Positions 38,345-47,321 are shown, counted from the stretch's first letter. The stretch is DNA of 64,000 nucleotides from Bacillota bacterium (GCA_013178045.1 JABLXP010000001.1:15937-79936), one strand, 5' to 3'. Made by a program: numbers and translations. The notes: generated from the letters alone by a model not told the origin.

Positions 38345-39515
38345 TTTGATTTTTGCTCCCGGTCGAGTTATTAATGCTCGGGTGATTGAATCTGGCGCTG
38401 CTGGTCGGGTCAGCCTCAGCCTGGAGGGCCAAATAGTTCAGGCTTTTTCGCTGATTGACTTTGAGCCGGGAAACGAGATCTGCCTGCAGGTACTGGGCAG
38501 TAGTGATGGGCAAGTCTATCTCAAACTAATTTCTGAGGCTCTTAAGCCAGTTACGGATCATGACCTTAGTCAACTGCTCCAATCGCTGGGAGTACCGGTT
38601 ACCGATAAAACCATGCAAATAGTCAACCAATTGCGGTGGCTTCAGTTGCCGATAACTCTCCCGAACATCATTACCCTGCAACGCATGAATGATTTTTGGC
38701 AATCTCCAACCAGGCTGAGTTCTTTACTTGAACGAATTATTACCAGTCTGAATGAGATATGCGCTTCACCGCCGGCTTACTCACCGAATACCGGGGTGAT
38801 CGAACCCCTGATAACGGATGAACCAGCGGGACCAACCAGATTAATCTTTTTGAAAAATTTGTTAGAAAGGCTCCGAGCAGAAATGATGGTCAATCTGGAC
38901 CTCCCGGCGACGGTCGGGGCTGAGCAACTGCACCGCCAGGTTGTTTCTATGCCAGCGCTCCAGGCGCTTCTGCAAATGATTGGTCAGGAGTTAAAGGAAA
39001 GCGGAGTCACCTTACGATTACATCCTAATCTGGTCGCCAAATTAACTGATGATCTGAAATTGGCGGTAGACGCCTTAACCGCCCAACAGGTTATATCCAG
39101 TGCGGCTAAGACTTATGTTGAAGTACCCGATTGTTTTTACTGGCAATTGCCATTTTTTATCCCCAGTCAGTTTGTTTCGGTCGCCCTGACAATATATCGT
39201 GATGAACGCCATCAAGATGAAAACCATACCCCTCAGGTCCAGGTAATTTTAAACTTGGAAACCCCGTTACTCGGTCGTCAAGTATTTGATTTAAAGTTTT
39301 CGGAAAAAAATATCTGGGTAAATATCACGGTGGAAAATGAAGTTTGTCGGGACCTGATTATGGTATTTTGGCCAGAATTGGAGCTGACTCTGGGCCGCCT
39401 GGGCTATCGGGTGGCATTGCAACGCTGTACGTTGGGCCCGGTTCCCGATTGGAGACCCAGTCTGACGGGTTGGGTACAGGTTAAGGATTGGCGACGTTTG
39501 GATGTAACGATCTGA
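38286..39515 (+). CDS. hypothetical protein in YlqG position (possibly FliK-like)
   Basis: About 410 aa from an ATG inside ORF 38142..39515. It occupies the rnhB-ylqG-ylqH position. I recognise no motif with confidence. Confidence 0.4.
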   Translation: MLPVSFTQAPLILQPSTVHSLIFAPGRVINARVIESGAAGRVSLSLEGQIVQAFSLIDFEPGNEICLQVLGSSDGQVYLKLISEALKPVTDHDLSQLLQSLGVPVTDKTMQIVNQLRWLQLPITLPNIITLQRMNDFWQSPTRLSSLLERIITSLNEICASPPAYSPNTGVIEPLITDEPAGPTRLIFLKNLLERLRAEMMVNLDLPATVGAEQLHRQVVSMPALQALLQMIGQELKESGVTLRLHPNLVAKLTDDLKLAVDALTAQQVISSAAKTYVEVPDCFYWQLPFFIPSQFVSVALTIYRDERHQDENHTPQVQVILNLETPLLGRQVFDLKFSEKNIWVNITVENEVCRDLIMVFWPELELTLGRLGYRVALQRCTLGPVPDWRPSLTGWVQVKDWRRLDVTI

Positions 39516-39526
39516 AGGTGACAACA

Positions 39527-39862
39527 ATGCCAAAACAGTTTTCTGATGAAAGGAAAATAGCGGTTGCCTTACGCTACGAGCCTGACTCAGAAATTGCTCC
39601 CCGGGTGGTAGCCACGGGCCAGGGTGAGGTAGCGGAGCGGATCCTCTCCCTGGCCAGGCAGAATAATGTGCCAGTTCACTATAATCCTGATTTGGCAGCC
39701 AGACTGGCGGTGCTGGACCTTAATGCGGTCATCCCGGTAGAGCTGTACCAGGTGGTTGCAGAAGTTCTGGCGTTTGTCTACCGGCTGAATTCACGCGCTG
39801 CACTCAAGGCGATGGGAAGGGTGAGTGGTGGTGAGCAAACGCTTGGTCGGGCAGATGGGTGA
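39527..39862 (+). CDS. FlhB C-terminal-domain-like protein (EscU/YscU/HrcU family, YlqH-like)
   Basis: 111 aa. AVALRYEP...APRVVATGQGEVAERILSLARQNNVPVHYNPDLAARL...IPVELYQVVAEVLAFVY parallels the FlhB cytoplasmic subdomain after the NPTH site. Confidence 0.7.
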   Translation: MPKQFSDERKIAVALRYEPDSEIAPRVVATGQGEVAERILSLARQNNVPVHYNPDLAARLAVLDLNAVIPVELYQVVAEVLAFVYRLNSRAALKAMGRVSGGEQTLGRADG

Positions 39863-40187
39863 AGAGGCGGCTTTATCATATTTGCTGAAAAATGGCTATC
39901 GCCTCTTAGCCCGGAACTTTCGTTGCCGGTTAGGAGAAATCGATCTGATTACAGCCGATGGGGAGCATATTGTTTTTGTTGAGGTGCGTGCCCGTACTTC
40001 GAACTTATTCGGGTCACCGCTGGAAAGCGTGACCGACCGGAAGCAGGTGCGAGTTCGGCGAGTGGCGGAGTATTTTATTCTTCGCCGGGGTTTGGCCTAT
40101 CACCAGGTCAGATTCGATGTGGTCTCTGTTCAGTTGAATGCGGACGGGCAAGTTAAACACATCCAGCATATAAAGGGAGCGTTTTAG
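39825..40187 (+). CDS. yraN: YraN-family endonuclease-like protein (UPF0102)
   Basis: GEEAALSYLLKNGYRLLARNFRCRLGEIDLI...IVFVEVRAR. Confidence 0.8.
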   Translation: MVVSKRLVGQMGEEAALSYLLKNGYRLLARNFRCRLGEIDLITADGEHIVFVEVRARTSNLFGSPLESVTDRKQVRVRRVAEYFILRRGLAYHQVRFDVVSVQLNADGQVKHIQHIKGAF

Positions 40188-40227
40188 ATAGAAAATTATC
40201 TATTTACGATCAGTAAACTGGAACTGT

Positions 40228-40255
40228 AAACACCCTCCAAATCAGGAGGGTGTTT
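40228..40255. terminator. bidirectional intrinsic terminator between convergent yraN and tusA-like gene
   Basis: aaacaccctcc / aaatca / ggagggtgttt, an 11-bp stem flanked by A- and T-tracts. Confidence 0.75.
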
Positions 40256-40282
40256 TAACAGTTTCGAGATGATTTAAATAAA

Positions 40283-40489
40283 CTATTTTTCGGCTTTGAT
40301 GCACCAAACCCCATTTTCTACCCCGTTATCCACAATCGAAAAGCCCGCACCTTTCAGGTATTTAGCCACATTTTCTCGAGCGACTTCCGTATCCCCCATA
40401 ATCAGGAGTGATTTTTCGCCTTTCTCGACGGCCGCTTTAGTTCTAATAACCGGAATTGGGCAACTTAACCCCCGAACATCGATTTCCAT
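40283..40489 (-). CDS. TusA/SirA/YeeD-family sulfur carrier protein
   Basis: 68 aa. MEIDVRGLSCPIPV carries the CPxP active-site motif. An SD follows the yeeE stop after 14 nt. Confidence 0.75.
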   Translation of the reverse strand: MEIDVRGLSCPIPVIRTKAAVEKGEKSLLIMGDTEVARENVAKYLKGAGFSIVDNGVENGVWCIKAEK

Positions 40490-40503
40490 GTAGACCAACC
40501 TCC

Positions 40504-41574
40504 TTATTCTTCCCGGCACTGCCAGCCGATAATCATCGCGATAATTATCCCGCAGACAACGGCAATCTGACCATAGACGGTTGGGCCGGCTGGACTGCTG
40601 GCCAGCATAAAGTTATGAGCCATACCAGCACCGATGATCATGCCCAAAACAGTTGTCCCAGCGTCAAGATCTCCTTCACCGGACAGGATCAACTGACGCA
40701 GGGGGCAGCCCCCCAGCAGGACCGCAGTTAGCCCGACCAGGAGTAACCCCAGGAAATTCCAGAGGTGCCAGGAGTGGGCGATGGGCTGATTGGTAAATCC
40801 GAGGTGGAATTGACCCCAATACAGATTTAACCCCAGGGCAACTAAAAAGATTAGGGCATATCCCATTAGTAAGGATGTATCCCTGATCAAGAAAAAGTCT
40901 CTGAATCCACCACTTAAACACAAGCGGGTGCGCTGAGCCAGGGCACCGCCAATCAACCCGGCCACAAGCCCGAGTAAAATTGGAACGTGCTTGGACCCCG
41001 GCCCTTCGGTGCTAAAGAATATTGGCCCACCGGCTTTAGGGTTAAACATGGGCGCCATAACCAAAAAAATCAAGAGTAAGAGCATAATACCGGGCAGAAT
41101 CGAACCGCCGATTTTAGACAGGCTTACGGTAGCCCGCCCAAGATTGAAACCTCGTTTGAGGAATTCAATACCGATCAGAATTCCTACCACGAATCCAGCC
41201 AGACCGATCAGGCCATTTAAATCACCACCGGCAATCCGCAAAACTGCGCGCAGTGGGCACCCGAGGAACATCATTGCCCCAAACATCATCAGCATTCCCA
41301 AGAGGAAGCGGATTGTCGGTGCGGATCCCCCTCTCGATTTAAACTCCCGGGCCGGCAGAGCAACAAAGAACGACCCCAGGACAAAGCCAATTATTTCTGG
41401 ACGGATGTACTGGACGGTATTGGTTCGGTGTAAACCAATAGCCCCCGCGGTGTCTCGAATAAAGCAGGCGATGCAGTAGCCCATGTTGGCCGGGTTGCCG
41501 TACTTGACCAGCAGAGCGCCAAATAAACCAATTACCGCACCAGTGATAATGATCAATCCTTTTTGATTCCGCAT
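40504..41574 (-). CDS. YeeE/YedE-family inner-membrane sulfur (thiosulfate) transporter
   Basis: About 356 aa, polytopic, with the conserved Cys motifs GYCIACF, FLGCPLRA and LGGCPLRQ. I chose the ATG at 41574, which follows GAGGGAGG. Confidence 0.8.
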   Translation of the reverse strand: MRNQKGLIIITGAVIGLFGALLVKYGNPANMGYCIACFIRDTAGAIGLHRTNTVQYIRPEIIGFVLGSFFVALPAREFKSRGGSAPTIRFLLGMLMMFGAMMFLGCPLRAVLRIAGGDLNGLIGLAGFVVGILIGIEFLKRGFNLGRATVSLSKIGGSILPGIMLLLLIFLVMAPMFNPKAGGPIFFSTEGPGSKHVPILLGLVAGLIGGALAQRTRLCLSGGFRDFFLIRDTSLLMGYALIFLVALGLNLYWGQFHLGFTNQPIAHSWHLWNFLGLLLVGLTAVLLGGCPLRQLILSGEGDLDAGTTVLGMIIGAGMAHNFMLASSPAGPTVYGQIAVVCGIIIAMIIGWQCREE

Positions 41575-41795
41575 TTTTCCTCCCTCATTCTTTGGAATTA
41601 TTAATTTTTTCAATTAAGTTTGATTGCTCATCTCCTTTCTCTTGGGCATTATCTCTTTCTAAATTGTTTTTCTACAACATACATGCATATCCTTCATAAA
41701 ATGCATTACGAAATATTATATAAAAGAAAAAAACTCTGAGTTATTACCATGTTTTATGGATGAACTAATCGTTGTAGAAACTGCTAATAAGCAAC

Positions 41796-41819
41796 CTGGC
41801 AGAGGAACTGGCAGAGGAA
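41796..41819. repeat. perfect tandem duplication of a 12-mer (CTGGCAGAGGAA x2)
   Basis: Read directly from the sequence, in the AT-rich spacer upstream of yeeE. Confidence 0.9.
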
Positions 41820-41932
41820 AATGTATTTTGAGCGGTTAATTTGAATGGTTAATTTAGAAAGAGTAAAGCAGTTGACGGAAGAGTTTAAGAATTGTATTGA
41901 AATACTTTGAAATACCGTGCTAATACAACGCT

Positions 41933-41955
41933 GGGCACTGGTTTGACCAGTGCCC
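41933..41955 (-). terminator. 9-bp GC-rich hairpin downstream of the YflT-like gene
   Basis: gggcactgg / tttga / ccagtgccc, with no clear U-tract. Confidence 0.4.
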
Positions 41956-41984
41956 TCGATCTAGTTCACACTGTTTAACTTTGA

Positions 41985-42323
41985 TTAATCTTGAATAATC
42001 TCAACAGCACCTGATTGTTCCATGACTGTTCTTACCTGGTCGGCCTCATGCTTGGAAGTTTCCACAGCCACGATAATACCCGGTTTACCAGGGTCCAGGC
42101 CTTTAATTCCATCGGGAAATTCTCCCGTTTCCCACAGACCATCGCGTTCTGTTTTGACAAAGGCCAATTCATCAGCAACTTCATCAGCATCATCCCGGTG
42201 CTGGGCTTCAGCATCACCCAAGTCAGCAACGATCATGTCCTTACGGTCAAAGCCGATGTTGCGTAGCGAGTCGATCAAAAAGCTTGCCTGTTGTCTATCT
42301 GTTATTCTGGCAATTAAACGCAT
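41985..42323 (-). CDS. hypothetical acidic protein (weak YflT/general-stress-protein-like N-terminus)
   Basis: 112 aa from an ATG that follows GGGAGGTG. The pattern MRLIARITDRQQASFLIDSLRNIGFDRKDMIV is suggestive. Confidence 0.35.
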   Translation of the reverse strand: MRLIARITDRQQASFLIDSLRNIGFDRKDMIVADLGDAEAQHRDDADEVADELAFVKTERDGLWETGEFPDGIKGLDPGKPGIIVAVETSKHEADQVRTVMEQSGAVEIIQD

Positions 42324-42496
42324 ACTCTTCACCTCCCAGTTTAGTATGTGCAGAATCGCCTGGCTTTACCGTCAGGAATTTGTTTCTATTAAAGCTATTG
42401 GCAGACATTTTTACCAGCAGCATATAGATACAGATTTTTATGGCTACTTATCATTCCAAAAAAGAATAAGAAACATAAAGGATAATAGAACAAATG

Positions 42497-42895
42497 AGGA
42501 AGTCCGTATTCCGACGAAATCGACCATCGATTCCGAGCGAAGGCGACCACTCATTCCGATAGACTCTACGTCGGTATTGGGAGCGGTAAACATCTGGCTG
42601 GCCATGGACGTGGTCGGCCTCTGGCTGTAGCTAATGAACCGGATCTGGAAGCGGCTGAGAAGCGACGGCGGCGAAAGGAAAGCCGCCGGGTTGACAAGAC
42701 TGGGTGCATCAAACTCCAGGCCGGCTTTACGAGCTCGGGCTGGAGTAGGTGAAGAAAACAGTTGACCTGCGCTTCAGGGAGTTAAAGCTCCCCAGGGTTC
42801 CCGCCTGCTGGCTTTGCTCGAAGCAAGAAACCAGGCCCGTCGTCAGCAAAAACTTGGGGCCATCCCCTTCCGCTACCTGGAGGGAGGGAAGAAAG
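42497..42895 (+). pseudogene. remnant of a DDE (rve/Mu-type) transposase, C-terminal part only, frameshifted
   Basis: My own translation gives ...THSDRLYVGIGSGKHLAGHGRGRPLAVANEPDLEAAEKRRRRKESRRVDKTGCIKLQ..., then frame changes (..VKKTVDLRF..). There is no start codon. It lies directly upstream of the ATPase partner gene. Confidence 0.35.
42508..42570. repeat. three direct ATTCCGA-headed repeats at 22-23 nt spacing
   Basis: ATTCCGACGAAATCGACCA (42508-42526), ATTCCGAGCGAAGGCGACCA (42530-42549) and ATTCCGATAGACTCTACG (42553-42570). Confidence 0.6.
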
Positions 42896-43672
42896 ATGTT
42901 TGAACCTTTCTTTGGCTTTTACCGTACCCCCTTTCGGGCGGGATCTACCCGTAAAATTCCTGTTTACTACACCAGCCCATGAGGAACCGGTGTCCCGCCT
43001 CAAGTACGCGGCAGAAAAACGCCTCTTTGCCCTCATTACTGGGGAAGTCGGCGCGGGCAAGTCCACAGCGCTGTGCCAACTGGTGTCTTTGCTTAACCCG
43101 AATAAATACCCCGGGTCATCTATATCAGCGATTCTGGTCTCACGCCCAGGCATTTTTTACTGGAAGGCTTTACGCCAGCTGGACTGCGAGCCCCATTCAA
43201 CAGAGGGCAGGCTATACGGCAGCTTCACCAGGTTGTCCTTGACCTGGCGGAAAACCAGCAGAAAGTACCGGTGGTCATTGTCGACGAGGCCCACCTGCTT
43301 GACCGGGAGATGCTCGAAGAAATTCGGTTCCTGCTCAACTTTCGGATGGACTCATATAACCCGATGAGTCTCATCCTGGTTGGGCAACCAGAACTACGCC
43401 GCATTCTGCAGCTCCAGGTTTATGAAGCGATTGTCCAGCGGGTGAACCTGCGCTATCACTTGCCACCCATGGAACGGAAGGAGGTCAAAGACTACGTGGC
43501 CCATCATTTAAAGACCGCCGGCATCAGTTCAGCCATTTTTACTGATGACGCGCTGGATGTCGTATACGAATACGCTGGTGGTATAACCCGCAAGGTCAAC
43601 AACGTGTGTCTCGCCTGCCTCATGGCAGCGACTGTGGAGCAGAAACCCGCCCGGCCAAATAAAGTGAGATGA
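42896..43672 (+). pseudogene. ExeA/TniB-like AAA+ transposition ATPase, at least 3 frameshifts
   Basis: MFEPFFGFYRTPF | GRDLPVKFLFTTPAHEEPVSRLKYAAEKRLFALITGEVGAGKSTAL...NPNKYP | ...| VVIVDEAHLLDREMLEEIRFLLN...LILVGQPELR is recovered only by joining ORFs 42749.., 42900.., 42979.. and 43271... Confidence 0.7.
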
Positions 43673-43676
43673 AAAT

Positions 43677-43776
43677 GCGGCCAGTCAATGTGAGCCAAAC
43701 GCGGTCAAATATTGTGAGCCGCTACAATAACAAGTCCGTTATAAACTGAACGCCTCCCACAATTTCATATTTGACC
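43677..43776. repeat. array of three about 20-nt related sites (two direct, one inverted)
   Basis: GCGGCCAGTCAATGTGAGCC (43677-43696), GCGGTCAAATATTGTGAGCC (43701-43720), and the inverted CCTCCCACAATTTCATATTTGACC (43753-43776). The 10-bp arms GGTCAAATAT/ATATTTGACC are perfect. Confidence 0.7.
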
Positions 43777-43950
43777 TTTTTAGATAGATTATCCCCTTAC
43801 ACTAAGAAGCGGGGATAATTTTGTTAAACAGTTATCTCTAAATCATGATCACCAAGTAGGGTCAAATCTGCTGGGTCAGATAAAGACAAATTACGGTATT
43901 AAAGGAAAAACAGCAGGAAATTCCTCTGAAGTCAAGAATATCATCATAAG

Positions 43951-45534
43951 TTGGCAGAATTTGCAGGGAAGGGGAATTGGCTAGCCGTGTTGGCGATAAT
44001 TACGAGCTGTGCCCTGGTTGGAATGGAGGGGCATCTGGTCCGGGTAGAGGTTGATGTAGCAAACGGGCTCCCTGCTTTTGATATAGTCGGTTTGCCTGAT
44101 CCAGCGGTTCGGGAGGCGAAAGACAGAGTTCGAACGGCCATCCGTAATTCAGGGTTTGACTTTCCCCTCAGGCGAATCACCGTTAATCTGGCACCAGCAG
44201 ACCTGAAAAAGGAGGGACCCGGCTACGACCTCCCTATTGCCTTGGGAATTTTAGCTGCGACTGAACAGATTCCAGTAGAACGGCTGAATTCACTGGTGAT
44301 CGTTGGCGAACTTTCTTTAGATGGGTCCGTCCGTGGAACCCCAGGAATTTTACCCATGGCGGCCAGTATTATAAAAACACAGCATCATGTTGCAGAAAAG
44401 TTGGGGTTTCTGGTTCCTGAGGATAATGCCAGGGAGGCTGCCCTGGTCAAGGAATTGAGCGTATATTCCCTTAAACACCTGAGCGAAATACGGGCTGTGT
44501 GTATCGCTGGGGACCTTGAGCCAGTACAGAACGATGTAAATGAAGTGATGCTACGGGAAGAAGAACAAGAAAATCTTGATTTTGCGGATGTCTATGGCCA
44601 TGCCAGCGTCAAACGAGCCTTAGAAATCGCGGCTGCCGGTGGGCATAATATTTTACTGATCGGCTCCCCTGGTGCTGGAAAAACCATGCTGGCGCGTCGA
44701 CTACCCACGATTTTACCAGCCATGGATCTGGAAGAATGTTTGGCGGTTACAAAGATTTACAGCATCGCAGGCCTTTTACCCAAGGATAAACCTTTGATTA
44801 CCCGTCGGCCATTTCGCTTTCCCCACCACAGCGCTTCCACTGCCAGTATGATCGGGGGTGGGCGGGTCCCCAGGCCAGGTGAAGTTAGCCTGGCCAGCCA
44901 GGGCGTTCTTTTCCTTGACGAACTACCCGAATTTCAACGCGATGTATTAGAAGCTCTCCGCCAGCCGCTTGAAGACAGAGTGGTCACGGTATCTAGGGTA
45001 GCGGCGGCCCTGACCTACCCGGCTGACTTTCTTCTTGTAGGGGCTATGAATCCTTGTCCGTGCGGCTTTTTGGGTGATCCCGTCAAGGAGTGTACCTGCA
45101 CACCACACCAGATCCAGCGTTATCTTGGCCGGATTTCCGGGCCGCTGCTGGACCGAATTGACCTGCACGTTGAAGTTCCTCGGTTGGAATATAAGGATCT
45201 GGCTGGCCCAGAAAAAGCTGAGGGTTCGGCTATTATTCGTCGGCGTGTGGAGCTGGCCAGGGAGCGGCAGCGAAAACGATTGGTTGGATATGGTCTCAAG
45301 TGTAACGCCCAGATGAGCGCCAGGGTAATTAGGGAAACCATCAAGTTGACTAAAGAAGCCCGACAATTGCTCCAAATGGTCTACCAGCAGTTAAATTTAA
45401 GCGCCCGTGCCCACGACCGGATTTTGAAAGTGGCCCGGACAGTAGCCGATTTGGCTGAGAGTACAAATATCCAGGAGGAACACGTGGCCGAGGCAGTTCA
45501 GTACCGCTCACTGGATCGGGATTATTGGGGGTAA
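43951..45534 (+). CDS. comM: Mg-chelatase-like AAA+ protein ComM/YifB
   Basis: N-terminal Lon-protease-like domain ([12 protein letters not shown]), Walker [12 protein letters not shown], and FLDELPEF. The start is uncertain (TTG at 43951 or GTG at 43987). Confidence 0.85.
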   Translation: MAEFAGKGNWLAVLAIITSCALVGMEGHLVRVEVDVANGLPAFDIVGLPDPAVREAKDRVRTAIRNSGFDFPLRRITVNLAPADLKKEGPGYDLPIALGILAATEQIPVERLNSLVIVGELSLDGSVRGTPGILPMAASIIKTQHHVAEKLGFLVPEDNAREAALVKELSVYSLKHLSEIRAVCIAGDLEPVQNDVNEVMLREEEQENLDFADVYGHASVKRALEIAAAGGHNILLIGSPGAGKTMLARRLPTILPAMDLEECLAVTKIYSIAGLLPKDKPLITRRPFRFPHHSASTASMIGGGRVPRPGEVSLASQGVLFLDELPEFQRDVLEALRQPLEDRVVTVSRVAAALTYPADFLLVGAMNPCPCGFLGDPVKECTCTPHQIQRYLGRISGPLLDRIDLHVEVPRLEYKDLAGPEKAEGSAIIRRRVELARERQRKRLVGYGLKCNAQMSARVIRETIKLTKEARQLLQMVYQQLNLSARAHDRILKVARTVADLAESTNIQEEHVAEAVQYRSLDRDYWG

Positions 45535-45617
45535 ATGCAAGAACAGATTCATTCCAGTCAACTAACCGGAAGAGTTAAAAATGTTTGGATTATCAAATTA
45601 TGGAAGGAGTAAAAGAT

Positions 45618-46013
45618 ATGGATATCATCGAGAGCATAAAAAATAAATACAATACTAGCGATAACTTTCCTCAATCCCTGGGGATTGAGCTAAAGGAACT
45701 TGCTCCCGGTTATGCCAGGGTATCGATGGTCTTACGAGAAAATATGGTGAACTTTCATGGCATTGGTCACGGTGGTGCTATCTTTACTTTAGCTGATACT
45801 GCTTTGGGTCTGGCCAGTAATACATATGGCCAGCCGGCGGTAGCTCTAACGGTAACAATTGACTATCTGGCCCCAGCCAGATTAGGGATGGAGTTAGTTG
45901 CTATTGCCAAAGAAGAACACCTTTCGAAGCGGACAGGGGTCTACCAGGTTAAAATTTTAACCAGCACTGGCGATAATATTGCCCAAGCCCGTGGTATTGT
46001 TTATCGGAAGTGA
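45618..46013 (+). CDS. PaaI/hotdog-fold thioesterase
   Basis: 131 aa with NFHGIGHGGAIFTLADTALG. The ATG lies 8 nt after GGAAGGAG. Confidence 0.75.
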   Translation: MDIIESIKNKYNTSDNFPQSLGIELKELAPGYARVSMVLRENMVNFHGIGHGGAIFTLADTALGLASNTYGQPAVALTVTIDYLAPARLGMELVAIAKEEHLSKRTGVYQVKILTSTGDNIAQARGIVYRK

Positions 46014-46214
46014 ATTCATCTGGTTGAAACTGCGACAGTTCCCTTAATTCTTAACGGAAAATATTTACCCTCATTGAACCAAGCTGGGTTGGTTTTTCAT
46101 CCGGGATCGGTGAAAAATTTTTTACTTGATGGCAGGATTTTGGTGCCATTCTCCGAAATGAAAAAAGTATTCATCATGAAGCCTCTGTTGTATAAATTAT
46201 GCCGGGGGTGGCCT

Positions 46215-47321
46215 ATGGACGGTCTAGCCTACTGGGTGGCCTTGCATCAGGTGCCGGGGATTGGGGCGAGGCGATTTAAACAACTAGTTGATTATTTTGG
46301 CAGTGCTTATGCAGTTTGGCAGGCTGGGGAAAGTGCTTTGCGACTGGTGCCAGGTATTCCACCAACCCTGGTTGAGAGCCTGCTTAAACATCGCTCGCAG
46401 ATTAATCCGGAACAGAAACTGGAGGAGGCCCTGACTCGCGGCTTTTCGGTCTTGAGTTTAGCCGATCCAGATTATCCCGCTAATTTGCGGACGATTTACG
46501 ATCCCCCACCAGTCCTCTACGTAAAAGGACAAATTCGACCTGAGGATTCTCAGGCGCTGGCGATTGTTGGCTCGCGGAAAGCTACCCCATACGGCAAGGC
46601 CGTAGCGGAGAAGCTCGGGGAAGAATTAGCAGCTGCGGGTTTTTGTATCATAAGTGGTCTAGCTCGTGGGATCGATACTTGTTCTCATGTGGGTGCCTTG
46701 AGGGGTAGTGGGCGGACAATTGCTGTATTAGGTTCAGGACTTGATATCGTCTATCCCCGGGAAAACCTTCGGCTGTTTGAAAAGATCGTAGAGCATGGAG
46801 CAGTGATAAGTGAATTCCCAGTAGGAACACCTCCGGAACCAGTTAATTTTCCATCCCGCAATCGGATTATCAGCGGCTTGGCGCGGGGGGTGATTGTGGT
46901 CGAAGCGACCAAAAACAGCGGGGCTTTGATCACTAGCGATTTTGCGCTGGAACAGGGAAGGGATGTATTTGCTGTTCCCGGGCCAATCACCAGCCGCTAT
47001 AGTGTCGGGACTAATCGCCTGATCAAACAAGGCGCCAAGTTGATCGAGAGCGTTGAGGATGTGCTTGAAGAATATGTGATGCCAACTCTTTTTTCCCAGG
47101 TGGATACTACCACGGGGAAAGAAATACCAGTTAAACTCACCCAGGAGGAGCAGGAACTCCTGGAGAACATATCGTTTGAGCCGATTACGAAAGAAAAGTT
47201 GATAATACTCACGGGCAAGTCCAGTCAAGAGGTAAGTACACGATTGATGTTTTTAGAGTTAAAGGGGATGGTTCGTCAGTTGCCCGGACAACTTTACATC
47301 CTCAGCCAGCGGCAAGAATGA
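46215..47321 (+). CDS. dprA: DNA-processing protein A (DNA protecting protein)
   Basis: YWVALHQVPGIGARRF, IVGSRKATPYG, and SGLARGID. I chose the ATG at 46215 inside ORF 46074... Confidence 0.85.
   Translation: MDGLAYWVALHQVPGIGARRFKQLVDYFGSAYAVWQAGESALRLVPGIPPTLVESLLKHRSQINPEQKLEEALTRGFSVLSLADPDYPANLRTIYDPPPVLYVKGQIRPEDSQALAIVGSRKATPYGKAVAEKLGEELAAAGFCIISGLARGIDTCSHVGALRGSGRTIAVLGSGLDIVYPRENLRLFEKIVEHGAVISEFPVGTPPEPVNFPSRNRIISGLARGVIVVEATKNSGALITSDFALEQGRDVFAVPGPITSRYSVGTNRLIKQGAKLIESVEDVLEEYVMPTLFSQVDTTTGKEIPVKLTQEEQELLENISFEPITKEKLIILTGKSSQEVSTRLMFLELKGMVRQLPGQLYILSQRQE

Noticed and set aside
42022-42630. 202-aa plus-strand ORF spanning the YflT-like gene in antisense and running into the spacer
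   Set aside because: The first half is antisense to a gene that has its own SD and start. The second half crosses non-coding AT-rich DNA and the repeat array. I see no domain signal.
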